Source of the DNA: an uncultured virus (IMG/VR IMGVR_UViG_3300023208_000399)
Lineage: Duplodnaviria; Heunggongvirae; Uroviricota; Caudoviricetes
Direction: 5' to 3' (one strand)
IMG/VR virus record: IMGVR_UViG_3300023208_000399
Length of the DNA stretch: 64,000 nucleotides
The position numbers were made by a program, and so were the translations under genes. The notes under the pieces are model-generated. The model was not told the origin of the DNA and ran no database searches. It was given only the letters and a program-made list of their open reading frames with translations. Shown here piece after piece: positions 19,181 to 29,213 of this stretch (the first letter of the stretch is position 1; each line of letters opens with the position of its first letter).

Positions 19181-20453
19181 CGCCGCCTCCGTTTTCTTCG
19201 GGCGAGGGCGAGCCGCCCTGATTGCCCTTGCTGATCGCGTTGCTGGCCGGATCGGTGTCGTCCGGCATGTCGTTGAGGCGACGCACCTCGTTCGGGCTCA
19301 TCCATCCCGGCTGACCACCGGCACCCAAGGCCTTCGCGAAGAAGTCGCCCTGATCTTTCGTCGAGCCGCGAAGCAGAGCCCCAGGATTGAACTTGACAGC
19401 GTACCGATCCTTCTCCGCCCCGGTTAGGAGTGACCGCTCGGCGGCCTGCTGCCAGGCCTCAAACCAGGGGTTCAGGGCGTACTGGACGAAAAACTGGCCC
19501 AGCGCCTGGATGCCTGAGCCCCAGCTGGTCTCATCGACCATCAGGAGCGGGCGCGGCACACCGGTCACGCGGGCGATTTCCTCGACCTGCATCTTCCGCA
19601 GCTCGGTCAGCTGCGAATCCCGCGCGTTCTGCGACAGGGCGATGTAATCCATGCCCTCTTCGAGAATCAGGTTCTTGCCGGCGTTCTCCGCGCCCTCCTT
19701 GTCGGCGAGCGAGCTCTTCAGACGTTCGAAGGCTGGATCCGACAACTTGCCGGGATGCTTCAGGGCGCCGCCGACAAACGAGCCGTTCTTGAACAGTCTA
19801 CCGGCCGCCAGTTCGGCACTAAGCGCCAAACCGATCGCATCACGCGCCTGCTTGACCAGCGACATGCCACAGATGCCGTCGAGCGACAGGCCGCGCAGAT
19901 GGAAAACCTCCTCCGGCCGCAGTGTGCGTAGGGCGCCGTTCTTCGGCTGGTATCGGTAGCTGACGCTCCAGTCGTCGTTCTGGACCGGCGTCACCAGATC
20001 GGGGTCGAGAGGCACGAGCCGGATAATCTCGTCGCGACCGGTTCGGATCTGTCGCGACCGGATAATCAGCGCATAGGCATTGCCCTTCACCAGGGCCCGC
20101 AGCTGCATCAGCGATCGGAAGTCGAACGCCGTTTGCCAGTTGTTCGGCTCCCGATGCAGAATGCGGAACAGCGGGTGATCCGCCTTCTCCTTCGTCTCGT
20201 CGTCGATGACGTGAAGCGGCAGCATGCCAATCGCGTAGGAGATCAGGCTGACCGCCCGGAACATGGCCGGGTTGCGCAGCGCGGTCTGCGTGCTGACCCG
20301 GGCGCCCGAGGCGGCCTCGTAGCCGTCGCGCATGAACTCCAGCAAAAACGGGTCGTTCAGCGAGTAGGCCATGAAGGCGTCGCCGTGAGGCTGGCGCGCC
20401 GTCATGGCGGACTCTGGCTTTGCGCCAAAACCTAGCAGGCGGGCAAAGTTCAT
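19167..20453 (-). CDS. Portal protein, HK97 family
   Basis: LHREPNNWQT, GNAYA, EEIARVTGVP, NEVR. Confidence 0.95.
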   Translation of the reverse strand: MNFARLLGFGAKPESAMTARQPHGDAFMAYSLNDPFLLEFMRDGYEAASGARVSTQTALRNPAMFRAVSLISYAIGMLPLHVIDDETKEKADHPLFRILHREPNNWQTAFDFRSLMQLRALVKGNAYALIIRSRQIRTGRDEIIRLVPLDPDLVTPVQNDDWSVSYRYQPKNGALRTLRPEEVFHLRGLSLDGICGMSLVKQARDAIGLALSAELAAGRLFKNGSFVGGALKHPGKLSDPAFERLKSSLADKEGAENAGKNLILEEGMDYIALSQNARDSQLTELRKMQVEEIARVTGVPRPLLMVDETSWGSGIQALGQFFVQYALNPWFEAWQQAAERSLLTGAEKDRYAVKFNPGALLRGSTKDQGDFFAKALGAGGQPGWMSPNEVRRLNDMPDDTDPASNAISKGNQGGSPSPEENGGGDAPA

Positions 20454-20463
20454 TCCGCCTCCC

Positions 20464-22143
20464 TCAGACCATCAGAAGGCCCCGCGCCTCGTAGACGCTC
20501 GGCCCCGTCGCCATGGGCTTGCGCGCCATCAGCATCATCGCGTTGAACGCCGCCACGAGCGGGTCGATCTTTGCCCGGCCGGCCGACTGTTTGGTGATGA
20601 TCACCGCGCCGCCTCGGACCTCGACCTTCGCGTTGCCGACACACCAGGCCATCATCCGCTGACCGCCATGCTTCAGCGATCCGTTCTTCAGCTTGATCTC
20701 CGCGCCCCAGGAGGCCGGCGAGAGCGCAAATCCCTGTCGAATCGCGACCTGCTGTCCCGGCGCGATTCCGCGCGCCTCCAGCTCATCGACGAGCGCGGCG
20801 ACGCCGATTGGGTCGATCCCCACGCCCTCAGACTCGGGCAGCAGGGAAGCCTCCTTGACCCGTTCGATGTAGGCCGCAGCCTCCATGATTGGGGCCATCG
20901 GATCTTCGCTGATCGTCAGGTCGCCATCGCCTTCGAAGTCCTTCAGCCGGCTTGCGATGTCCGCGCGGCGCTTAAGCACGTCGTCGTGCGCCCAGGCATG
21001 GGTCCAGAGCAGCCACTTCTGCGTTTCCCTGCACCGGCCCAGCACCGCCAGACCGAACAAGTCGTCCAGGCCGCCGCCGTCGATGCCAATCGTGCAGACC
21101 TCCGAACGCGCCAGGACCTCTTCGAGGGTCAGGCTCTTGTCTGTCGCCGCTTCCCAATAGTCGGCGCCGGCCCAGCGGTTGTTCGCCAGCTTCAACCCGA
21201 TCTCGACGTTCAGGTGCTTGGCGAGGAAAACCTGCCTTTCGCCCCCGGTCGCGTTCTCGACCTTGCGAAGCTCAGCCTCCAGCCACTCCTGATCGACCGA
21301 CCGGCCCAGATTCGGGTTGGTGATGTAGAAGTTTTCCGGCCGCAGGAAGGCCTCGGCCTCCACCATCTGCTCTGGAAACTCATAGATGACGGGAAGGGAG
21401 CGCTGATCCGCGATCTTACCGTCCCGAACGTCGCGGAAATAGTCGAGCTTGGTCTTGAAAACCCCCGCCGGCTCTTCGTCCGACTGCGTGCTGGCCCAGA
21501 TGATGAAGCCCTCGGGCCTAGAGACCGTGCCGCCCGTGGCCTCTCGAAGCATCGCGTCAGCCTTGGCGCGTTTTCCGAAGACCCACAGCTCGTCGATGAA
21601 GATGTGGCCGGCCTTCTTGCCGGACACCGTGTCCGTGTCGGCCGCCACGACCTTCAGCATGGCGCCGTTGTCGCGGTGCGTGATCGTCCTGATATGATCC
21701 TGGACGTGGAAGAGGTCTTCCAACTCCTCGTCCGCCTTCACCATGTCCCGCGCGGGCTTGTAGGCGTTCTGGGCGACCTCGATTGTCGGCGCTAGGATCA
21801 GCAGCTCCGCCGAATGGCGCCAGTTCCGGATGAGCGCCGTGAGCATGATGCCCGCCGCAATGGTGGACTTCGAGTTCTTCTTGCTGATGAGCAGGAAGAA
21901 CTCCTTGATCAGACGCCGGCCGCTTACTGCGTCATAGGCGCCGAAGATGGCCGATACGAAATCGAACACCCACTGCTCACAGGCCTCGCCGAAAGTCGGT
22001 TGACGCGGCGCATCCACGATGCGGAGCGACTTGAAGACCTCCAGCGCCTCTCGCGCTTCGTCCCTGAACAGCGGCGACGGGATAAGGGACCGCTTGGCGA
22101 CGATCCGGTCTCTCCAGTCGACGCAGGCTGTCGACCACTCCAC
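20464..22143 (-). CDS. terL: Terminase large subunit
   Basis: SKKNSKST Walker A, IFIDE Walker [14 protein letters not shown]. Confidence 0.95.
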   Translation of the reverse strand: MEWSTACVDWRDRIVAKRSLIPSPLFRDEAREALEVFKSLRIVDAPRQPTFGEACEQWVFDFVSAIFGAYDAVSGRRLIKEFFLLISKKNSKSTIAAGIMLTALIRNWRHSAELLILAPTIEVAQNAYKPARDMVKADEELEDLFHVQDHIRTITHRDNGAMLKVVAADTDTVSGKKAGHIFIDELWVFGKRAKADAMLREATGGTVSRPEGFIIWASTQSDEEPAGVFKTKLDYFRDVRDGKIADQRSLPVIYEFPEQMVEAEAFLRPENFYITNPNLGRSVDQEWLEAELRKVENATGGERQVFLAKHLNVEIGLKLANNRWAGADYWEAATDKSLTLEEVLARSEVCTIGIDGGGLDDLFGLAVLGRCRETQKWLLWTHAWAHDDVLKRRADIASRLKDFEGDGDLTISEDPMAPIMEAAAYIERVKEASLLPESEGVGIDPIGVAALVDELEARGIAPGQQVAIRQGFALSPASWGAEIKLKNGSLKHGGQRMMAWCVGNAKVEVRGGAVIITKQSAGRAKIDPLVAAFNAMMLMARKPMATGPSVYEARGLLMV

Positions 22144-22146
22144 CGG

Positions 22147-22719
22147 TTACTGCACCAGCCGAATAGGCGGCGGGGGCGAAGCGAAGCGGCTGCTGCTTTT
22201 TGCGACCCGCTGTCCGGCCTCCTGGCGCTGTTTCTTGACGCCCTGGGGGGCTCCCGCTTCCGCCAACGTCTTTGCCGCCGTCGCCAGCGCCTTAAGAACA
22301 TCGGATCTGGTCTTCAGCGACACCGCCTGCATCAGGGCGGCGCGCTGCCCGCTGGCGTCGGCCTCGTCGGTTGACGAAACGATCAGTGACTCTAGCTCGC
22401 CTTGTCGGCTCGTGGTGGCGTCCAGCTCGTCCATCATCCGCATGACGAGGTTCCGACCTCGACCGACGATTGCCTCGGGCGTCGTGTTCTCAGGGGTCAG
22501 GACAGTGCCGATGTAAACTTTCTCGGGCTCCGGGTGCGCGGCCTCAGCCTGCGCACCATCCTGCGAACTCGGGCGCTCCCATCCGTCCTTCTTGGCGCGC
22601 TTTCGGATCGCCGCTTCTGTGATCCCGTACCAGCGGGCAATCTCGCGCACAGACATCTTGCTCGTGCGGTAGTCGCGCTCGATCTCAGCCCAATCGACGG
22701 GCTTTTTTTCATCCGCCAT
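22147..22719 (-). CDS. terS: Terminase small subunit
   Basis: N-terminal HTH (DWAEIERDYR...IRKRAKKDGW); upstream of terL. Confidence 0.8.
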   Translation of the reverse strand: MADEKKPVDWAEIERDYRTSKMSVREIARWYGITEAAIRKRAKKDGWERPSSQDGAQAEAAHPEPEKVYIGTVLTPENTTPEAIVGRGRNLVMRMMDELDATTSRQGELESLIVSSTDEADASGQRAALMQAVSLKTRSDVLKALATAAKTLAEAGAPQGVKKQRQEAGQRVAKSSSRFASPPPPIRLVQ

Positions 22720-22842
22720 GAGGGCTCCTGCCGGCCCGGTTCGCACCCGCGAACTTCCCAGCCGGGATTTAATCTGTCCGTGAGTAGGCGGCCGGTCTGT
22801 GAGCGACGGACCTTCGGAAGTTTCGATGCCCCCCTGGGGCTG
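22720..22842. other. Probable cos/packaging site region
   Basis: Non-coding gap between HNH and terS, where HK97-like phages carry cos; exact site not determined. Confidence 0.45.
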
Positions 22843-23223
22843 TCAGCTCCAGTCGCCCCGTTGGTGGAGGCTGGACTGCTCTTCGGCCTGGATAGCGCTG
22901 TCGTGGACGGCCTTGCTGACCGTCTCGACGTTGGCTGGGTCCCAGAAAAGGGCGGGGTCGCCACGGTGCGGACGCTTATGGTTGGCTACCGGGCTGTCAG
23001 GCGCGGGATATGTCCCGCCACAGAGTTGGCCCGTCCGCTGGCAGGTGTAGTTGTCCCGGATGTGGACCTCAGCCTTGAGGTCACGCCATCGTTTCGTCTT
23101 GTACCAGGCCTTCCATGGCTGGCTATGCTGTGCAGGCGCGGGGCCTCTGGATGCATCCGAAGCAAAGGCCCGGCGATCGCACGCGTAGTTGACGCGACTG
23201 GACAGGTGCGACAGTCGGGCCAT
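22843..23223 (-). CDS. HNH endonuclease (terminase-associated, HK97 gp74-like)
   Basis: WYKT.RW, RDNYTCQ, H..PHRGD..LFWDP.N. Confidence 0.85.
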   Translation of the reverse strand: MARLSHLSSRVNYACDRRAFASDASRGPAPAQHSQPWKAWYKTKRWRDLKAEVHIRDNYTCQRTGQLCGGTYPAPDSPVANHKRPHRGDPALFWDPANVETVSKAVHDSAIQAEEQSSLHQRGDWS

Positions 23224-23239
23224 CGCGAGCTCCTGATCT

Positions 23240-23545
23240 ATCCGGGAATGACCGCCATGCCAGCAATGGGAACGGCTATGCCGTGCCGCGCCGCTGGGTT
23301 GACGCTATGGACGCCTGGCTATCCCGAGCCATCGTCAGCGCTGGTCGGTCGAGATGAACGTCCCTTGTCCCGGTGCTGGACGACGTGGAACTGGCGCGGG
23401 GTATCTTGTCGGACTGCTCAGGGCGAGTTTCGCCTTACCGACGATGCAGTCCCCTATCGAGGTCGCTGATCGTCCGGACCGAGGCCTGCCCGCTGGGCTG
23501 TTTTACCAAGGGGCTGCATTGCCCGTGAGCTGTGTCCGCACCATC
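23240..23545 (-). ncRNA. Candidate structured late-leader RNA
   Basis: Multiple nested stems in a non-coding gap downstream of the NusG-family gene. Confidence 0.45.
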
Positions 23546-23595
23546 TGCCTGCCATGATTTGCGCCGAGGTGCAAGCCCCGGCGCAACATCTTGTG

Positions 23596-24090
23596 TCAGG
23601 CAGCCGCCTCCCACTCTTCATCCTCGCCGTCCAGCTCTCCAGACAGCACCAGATCCAGGCGCCCGTTGGGATCGGTCTTCAACAGCTTGCCGAGGGCGGT
23701 CAGTCCGTTCCCGACCAGCCGATTCATCGAACCGACCATGGGCTTCGGCGGCAAATATCGGTGCGACGTGGTCTGGTCAAACTCGCCGGCGCACTGGCGG
23801 GCCATCAGCTGATAGACCAGAGACGCCAACCGTTCGCTGCTAAGCCGGGTCTCGACGATCCGCGTCAGCCCGTCGATGTCGTACAGCTGGTCATAGTCAT
23901 TCCAGGGGCCCAGGCCGACGAACAGATAGCCGGGGAACAGGGGCCGCTCCACCTCCTCGCGACCGCCCTTCGGAACAGACTTGTACGTCCGTTCGATCGG
24001 GCAATAGACCGTGAAGCGGTGCTCTCGCAGAGCGATCGCCGCCCGGCGGCCGGCTTGGGTCACTTGGGCGATGTGCCAGGTCAAGGTCAT
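23596..24090 (-). CDS. NusG-family (NGN) antiterminator in the lambda-Q position
   Basis: WHIAQV, VYCP, RPLFPGYLFV motif. Confidence 0.85.
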   Translation of the reverse strand: MTLTWHIAQVTQAGRRAAIALREHRFTVYCPIERTYKSVPKGGREEVERPLFPGYLFVGLGPWNDYDQLYDIDGLTRIVETRLSSERLASLVYQLMARQCAGEFDQTTSHRYLPPKPMVGSMNRLVGNGLTALGKLLKTDPNGRLDLVLSGELDGEDEEWEAAA

Positions 24091-24851
24091 GCGGCGGCTC
24101 CGTCGTGGTCTTGCGGTTTGGGGGCGATGGTTCCGGCGCGCTCGAGCATGGCGCGCATTTCGGCGCTCATGGCGCTGCCGGGCGGCAGGGGCGCGGCTGG
24201 CGTGGGCTTGCGGGCGGCCTGCCGGGCGGCGAGGGCCTTGGCGGTCGGCGTCTGAGACAAGGCCTCCAGGGTCTGGGCCAACATGGCCTTGACCTCTTCG
24301 GGCGAGTGCCGGACCACCGGCGCCTCAATCATGACTTCCGCCGCGCGGGCTTGAACCACCGCCGCGCGGGCGCGGTTATGAGCTCGGGTCCAGCGGCCGG
24401 GCGTCGTCGATTGCCGGGCCAGATCCGCCAGACGGCCGGGCTTGGGCAGAAACTCCGACTTCGGGTCGGCGACATGGGCCTTCATGCCCGCTTCGATCTG
24501 CGCCGGCGTCAGTCCGTCCAGGGCGTCGAAATAGTCGGCCCAGAACGCCGCCGTCTCGCCTGTGTCCCGTTCCGGCTGGGGATAGGTCGCGAACCGGCTC
24601 CCGATGATGTCGCGGACCTCCGATTCAGAGGCCGGACGCAGGGCCGCCGCGCGCAGGGCCGGCATCGCCATCGCCGCCTCAGACCGCAACATCTCGCTCT
24701 TGGCGATGACGTCGACGGCCTTGGCGTCAGTAGGCTCGTCGAGCAGCCACGAGGCCAGCGGCTTGCTCAGCACCGGCGTAGTGACGGTCGAGGTTTGCGC
24801 GTTTTGCGGACAGCTTAGCGCTCGGGCGGTGTTCATCGGCTGGGCTTGCAT
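24087..24851 (-). CDS. Replication-associated protein (helicase loader/inhibitor-like)
   Basis: Follows the initiator; W..Y...L and SEFLPKP motifs. Confidence 0.5.
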   Translation of the reverse strand: MQAQPMNTARALSCPQNAQTSTVTTPVLSKPLASWLLDEPTDAKAVDVIAKSEMLRSEAAMAMPALRAAALRPASESEVRDIIGSRFATYPQPERDTGETAAFWADYFDALDGLTPAQIEAGMKAHVADPKSEFLPKPGRLADLARQSTTPGRWTRAHNRARAAVVQARAAEVMIEAPVVRHSPEEVKAMLAQTLEALSQTPTAKALAARQAARKPTPAAPLPPGSAMSAEMRAMLERAGTIAPKPQDHDGAAA

Positions 24852-25647
24852 GGGGGCGGGCTTCCGGGATCGAGAGGGCGGCGCGGTTGTCGGCGATGGA
24901 TTGAGCGATGGCGGGTGCGAAGAACTTCCAGGTGGCGATTGGGCGGCGGGCCTTCTGGGCCAGGGCCGTGACCACCGGCACGACGTCGTATCGCCACGAC
25001 GCCCCGTCCCGCTTCCAGGCGACCAACTGGCCCAGCGTCGTCGCGAGGCCCGGCTGACGGGCGGGGTCCAGCATCACGGTCCCGGCCTCGCCGACCAGTT
25101 CCGCCGACCAGGCACGGGCGTCGCCCTCTGGCCAGTCGTCCTCGACCAGCGCCTCGGCTATCACCTGCACCATCGGCGCCGTCGCGATTTCCGCGCCTCG
25201 CGCGTCAACAACAGCAAGTGATGGTTCTAGTGACGGTTCGAACGTAGTGAGGCCTGCATCTGGTGCAGTCTGTACCGGCACCTCGTGCAGTCTGTCGGCG
25301 TCACAGGCGGCATCTGGTGCAGTCTGTTCATTCCGGCATTTCGTGCCGCCTGCACGTCGTGCAGTCTGGTTATGACCACCGTTGGGGAAAAGCGTGAACA
25401 GATCCGACGTCTGCGTCCCGTTCTTCCGCCGCCGCGTGGCCTTCTCGATGGCCCTGACGGCGATCAGAGACTGGATCGCGTTCCGCACGGCCCGGTCGCT
25501 CAGGCCCGTCTCCGCCACGATCTTCTTGACCGGCGGGAAACACTGCGCGTTCTCGTCCGCATAGTTGGCGAGGGCCAGCAGAACCAGCTTTGTCGTTGGG
25601 CTGGGGGCGTCGAACGCGAACGCCATGGCGATGCACTGAACGCTCAT
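24727..25647 (-). CDS. Replication initiator, N-terminal wHTH
   Basis: KLVLLALANYAD...CFP...ETGLSDRAV; internal iterons. Confidence 0.8.
   Translation of the reverse strand: MSVQCIAMAFAFDAPSPTTKLVLLALANYADENAQCFPPVKKIVAETGLSDRAVRNAIQSLIAVRAIEKATRRRKNGTQTSDLFTLFPNGGHNQTARRAGGTKCRNEQTAPDAACDADRLHEVPVQTAPDAGLTTFEPSLEPSLAVVDARGAEIATAPMVQVIAEALVEDDWPEGDARAWSAELVGEAGTVMLDPARQPGLATTLGQLVAWKRDGASWRYDVVPVVTALAQKARRPIATWKFFAPAIAQSIADNRAALSIPEARPHASPADEHRPSAKLSAKRANLDRHYAGAEQAAGLVAARRAY
25256..25369. repeat. Iteron array, probable origin of prophage 1
   Basis: GCAnnnnGTGCAGTCTG at 25256, 25278, 25310, 25352, plus a degenerate copy at 25336. Confidence 0.75.
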
Positions 25648-26129
25648 CGGACACCGCCTGCGGCGATCAGTAGTTCGCCCCACAGCACCCGCGCATGGTG
25701 GCGCTCAATGCCCTCCATCACGGTCGTATGGTGCATCCCGCCGAAGATCGCTCCTATCCTGGGAAGGCTGAGCCCAAACCGGGCCTGTACCTCGGCCATA
25801 GCCTGATGCCGGGCATAGGCCCGGTGACGCTTGTTGCACTTCTCGAGAACTTCGCGGGCAGACAGGCCGTATCGCCGCGCCACACTCTCCACCGTCGCAA
25901 TCACCGCATCATGCGGCGTCGTCGGGTGTCGCGTGGGCTCCCTGGGCGGAAGCGACTTCACTGGCTGACAGAAACGAGGCCCCGGCACATAGGACGGCCT
26001 GGATGGCCGAGAGACGGGCAGGGCGGCGACCGAGATCGAAGAAACGCCCGCCATTGCTGCGGCGGCCTGCACAGGCACGCCCGACCGCATCAGGTCCATA
26101 GCCATGCTGTAATGGGCTGAGGTCGTCAT
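25644..26129 (-). CDS. DnaA C-terminal (domain IV)-like HTH protein
   Basis: ARHQAM...SLPRIGAIFGGMHHTTVM. Confidence 0.8.
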   Translation of the reverse strand: MTTSAHYSMAMDLMRSGVPVQAAAAMAGVSSISVAALPVSRPSRPSYVPGPRFCQPVKSLPPREPTRHPTTPHDAVIATVESVARRYGLSAREVLEKCNKRHRAYARHQAMAEVQARFGLSLPRIGAIFGGMHHTTVMEGIERHHARVLWGELLIAAGGVR

Positions 26130-26587
26130 GCGGCTTCGCCCCTGTGCCGCCCTATCCAACGGCAAAGGCTCGCCTTGTCCCGCTGAAAGATCGCCTGTTG
26201 GTCGATCAGCGTCAGATCGGGAAAGGCTTCACGCACGGCCTTGATCGACGCGATCAAGGCGCGGGCCGCAGGGCTGGGATAGCGGATCTTCGTGGCGGCG
26301 CAGGCCTTCAGGTCGGCAACCTGTACGCCGTGCGCGGCGCAGACCTCGCGGATGACCGACTGGTGGGGCCCATCGCAGCCGCCCAAGGGCCAGGGCTCGC
26401 GGGCACGGGGCATTCCCTCCACGTCTCCGCCGCCTAGAATCGCCCGAACGTCGGCCTCGCACCGGCCCAGCACCTTTGCGATCTGGGCCGGCGTGGCGCG
26501 GGCGCCCAGCTTCTGCCGGGCGTCATTGACCTCGGACTGAAGAACACCGCCACGCCGCGCGGTCGCAAATGATCCCGCGCTGCTCAT
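26126..26587 (-). CDS. Hypothetical protein, divergent DnaA-IV-like HTH
   Basis: IREVCAAHGV..ADL and IFQRDKASL pattern. Confidence 0.5.
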   Translation of the reverse strand: MSSAGSFATARRGGVLQSEVNDARQKLGARATPAQIAKVLGRCEADVRAILGGGDVEGMPRAREPWPLGGCDGPHQSVIREVCAAHGVQVADLKACAATKIRYPSPAARALIASIKAVREAFPDLTLIDQQAIFQRDKASLCRWIGRHRGEAA

Positions 26588-26745
26588 CGGGCGCGCTCCG
26601 CCTTCTGGCCTACGATCACCACCGCGTCGCCCTCGTTCAAAGGTTCTTCGCAGAGAAGGGGGAGGGGGTGGTCTTTGACATAGACGCGGGTCTTGCCGTC
26701 CCGGCCGGTGTAGGCGGAGACCACCGTGTAGCTCTTGCGGGTCAT
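26584..26745 (-). CDS. Hypothetical protein (53 aa)
   Basis: Manually translated MTRKSYTVVS...KAERAR; ATGA-coupled at both ends. Confidence 0.6.
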   Translation of the reverse strand: MTRKSYTVVSAYTGRDGKTRVYVKDHPLPLLCEEPLNEGDAVVIVGQKAERAR

Positions 26746-27074
26746 GCGGCCTCCATGATCAAGCGATCGAGGACCACCGAACGGCCTGGCTCAGGCAGGG
26801 CATAGGACAGGCCCTCTTTCCGACCACCGCCGACGACCAGCCCGCCGAGGCCGACGTCCTCCAGGCTCTGGCGGAGGAGGCAGACGCGGGTTTTCACCAC
26901 TCCGGCGCTCGCCTCTTCAGCGTGCATTTTCCAGGGCCTGGCGCTGGCCAACTGACGCCAGTTCATCAGGGCGCCCTTGGCGTCTATCAGGGCGCACAGC
27001 GTGGCAGCCTGAGCGCGGGAGCCCAGCAGGGTGTAGGCGGATACCTCAAGGCCGAGGCGTTCAAGGCGGGTCAT
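26742..27074 (-). CDS. OmpR/PhoB-type winged-helix DNA-binding protein without a receiver domain
   Basis: VVKTRVCLLRQSL resembles the Trans_reg_C recognition helix. Confidence 0.55.
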   Translation of the reverse strand: MTRLERLGLEVSAYTLLGSRAQAATLCALIDAKGALMNWRQLASARPWKMHAEEASAGVVKTRVCLLRQSLEDVGLGGLVVGGGRKEGLSYALPEPGRSVVLDRLIMEAA

Positions 27075-27159
27075 CGCCCCACCTTCAGCGCTTCATGCGT
27101 CACCGGACAGGCGGGCATCCGCCCACCGTCGACGCTGGTGTTCGAATGCCCTCCCATGG

Positions 27160-27978
27160 TCAGCCCGCCGTCCCGAAGACCACCGGCCGCTCAGTGCGCT
27201 CGCCGGCTTCGATGACGATCTGCTTGAATACGGCCTGGCGGACGTGCTCGGCACGGTGAAGGGCGATGCCGAGCGACAGGTCGCCCTCCGTCAGCTTCCA
27301 GCGCAGGAAGGCGAAAAGGGCGACCGACTCGCCGCCGAAATAGACTGGCAGGCGCAGTTCGAACTTCGTCGGCACCTCGACGCCGCCGTTCTTCGTGCGC
27401 GCCTCGGTCTCGTCCGTGTATTCGAAGTTCTCGTTGTCGCTGCTGGTCCGAACCGCCTTGCGGAAGTCCACCTTGCGAACGGCCTGCAGATCGCGGCACG
27501 TCTCCAAGAGGTCGGCCCCTGTCGGCGCCACCACGTCCACGGCGTTCTCTTCCAGGAAGCGCGCGAACTCCAGCTGGCTCATCAGCCGGCCGTCGATCGC
27601 GGTCCAGGTCTTCCATTCTTGCGAGAACGGCAGGGACAGGTTGGCCTTGTGGTCGACGTGGGCCGGCGCGGTCGGACCATGATAGTCGATCAGAGCCGCG
27701 ATCCTTGAGCCGGCGATGTCGGCAAACAGGATCGTGTGTTCGGTCTTGAAGATATTCACGTAATCGACCAGCGAGTCGACCGTCTGCAGGGTTACCGCCT
27801 GACGGATGCGAATCGGATCGGCCTGGGTCAGACCGTGCGGATCGGTGACTTCCGCCGCGTGGACGCCGGTCTGGGTGACCAGCCATGTCCGGCCGGCCGA
27901 GGTGACGACTTCGGCGCGGGGTGCGGCCTTCTGGGCCAGGCCGGCGATAAAGCCGGCTTCGGTGCTGGGATTGTCCAT
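27160..27978 (-). CDS. DUF2303 (YfdQ) family protein
   Basis: A.IDYH, SQEWKTW, MSQLEFARFLEEN. Confidence 0.85.
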   Translation of the reverse strand: MDNPSTEAGFIAGLAQKAAPRAEVVTSAGRTWLVTQTGVHAAEVTDPHGLTQADPIRIRQAVTLQTVDSLVDYVNIFKTEHTILFADIAGSRIAALIDYHGPTAPAHVDHKANLSLPFSQEWKTWTAIDGRLMSQLEFARFLEENAVDVVAPTGADLLETCRDLQAVRKVDFRKAVRTSSDNENFEYTDETEARTKNGGVEVPTKFELRLPVYFGGESVALFAFLRWKLTEGDLSLGIALHRAEHVRQAVFKQIVIEAGERTERPVVFGTAG

Positions 27979-28313
27979 TAGGCGGGCCTCCGGGCGTCGA
28001 CGACCTTGTCGCCGAGGTTAGCGTCACGGAACATTTCCGGTTGACGCGGGTCGTTGCGGTGCAGATCGCCGTCCATGTCGGCGAAGAAGATGGCCTCGGG
28101 CATGTCGGCCGTCGGCGAGGATGCGGTGACCTTCGAACTGATCACGACCTGTTCGCTGTCGCCCTTCTGGGGCTTCACGGTCAGCTTGAGGGTCAGCGAA
28201 CCGGGCTTGCCGGTCGCGGTGACGGCGCGGACGACGTTGGCCAGCTCTTCGCCGGCCGCTTCCGCCACCATCCCCTTGCGGATATCCCGCAAGACGTCTG
28301 TAATAGGCTTCAT
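27978..28313 (-). CDS. Conserved phage protein partnering DUF2303
   Basis: TGKPGSLTLKL, FF....G.L.RNDPRQ. Confidence 0.75.
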   Translation of the reverse strand: MKPITDVLRDIRKGMVAEAAGEELANVVRAVTATGKPGSLTLKLTVKPQKGDSEQVVISSKVTASSPTADMPEAIFFADMDGDLHRNDPRQPEMFRDANLGDKVVDARRPA

Positions 28314-28324
28314 TGTTTGTGCTT

Positions 28325-28594
28325 TCAGTGGTTGTGCGGCTGGGTGGTGAGAGACCCGGCCGACGCCGCGTCCAGCGGCCGGGGAACAGGTTTCAGGGCC
28401 TCGGTCGCAAAGACCTTCATCGCCTCTTGGAGGTGATTGATTGCCCGCGTGTCGCGCCGCCGTTCGGCGCGGGCGATCAGGTCGCGCGCCAAGCTGCGAA
28501 CCGGATCCATGGGATCGGCGGCCTTGCGCTCACGGAGCGCCCGGGTCGCGGCCCGAAAGCCACGGCGCGCGGCGTCGAGGGCGTAACCGATCAT
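28325..28594 (-). CDS. Hypothetical protein
   Basis: ATGA-coupled ORF in the early-right operon. Confidence 0.55.
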   Translation of the reverse strand: MIGYALDAARRGFRAATRALRERKAADPMDPVRSLARDLIARAERRRDTRAINHLQEAMKVFATEALKPVPRPLDAASAGSLTTQPHNH

Positions 28595-29004
28595 CCGACC
28601 CTCCCCACGCTCTTCAGCACGTCGTGCATCTGGGCCTTGGCTTCCAGCGCGGCCTGACGGATGGGGCGAGCCTCGGCCTCTGTAATCTGTCCGTCGCGGG
28701 CGGCGAGGCGGACCATGCTCTGGACCCGTGCGGCAGCCTCGGTCGCCTCTGCCGCCTCGTCCAGAATGTCCTCGACGGCGCCTTCATCCGGCGACGCGAA
28801 GAGAGCGACCACCGCTCGGCGCTCGTCCGCCGTCAGGCTCATGTCGACCAGACGGCCCAGCGGAATCGTCGTCTCGGGCTTGTCGGCGTTCTCGTAGCCG
28901 CTCCAGACGCCAGGGCTGACGCCGGCGGCAGCGGCCGCAGCCTCGGTCGAGCCGTAGCGAAGCCGGATGCGTTTCGTGATGGCCTTGATGACGGGAATGC
29001 TCAT
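28591..29004 (-). CDS. CII-like regulator
   Basis: HTH plus EAAE...DGQITEAE motif; downstream of cro. Confidence 0.65.
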   Translation of the reverse strand: MSIPVIKAITKRIRLRYGSTEAAAAAAGVSPGVWSGYENADKPETTIPLGRLVDMSLTADERRAVVALFASPDEGAVEDILDEAAEATEAAARVQSMVRLAARDGQITEAEARPIRQAALEAKAQMHDVLKSVGRVG

Positions 29005-29213
29005 GCCTGTCGTTCCTCGAAGGTTCTGGTTTGTCGTTTTGCTGACGGCCTAGGGGAAACCCCGTACCGTCCAGCCTGTGAGTGGCGTTTGGGAGTAGGC
29101 GTATGGGTTACGAAGAGGGGGGGCTCCGGCGGGGGCGGAGGGGGAGGGCGACCCCCGCCGGAGCGTTCGCGAACGCCGTGAGGGCGGGCCGGCGGCGCGA
29201 AACGGACGAAGCC

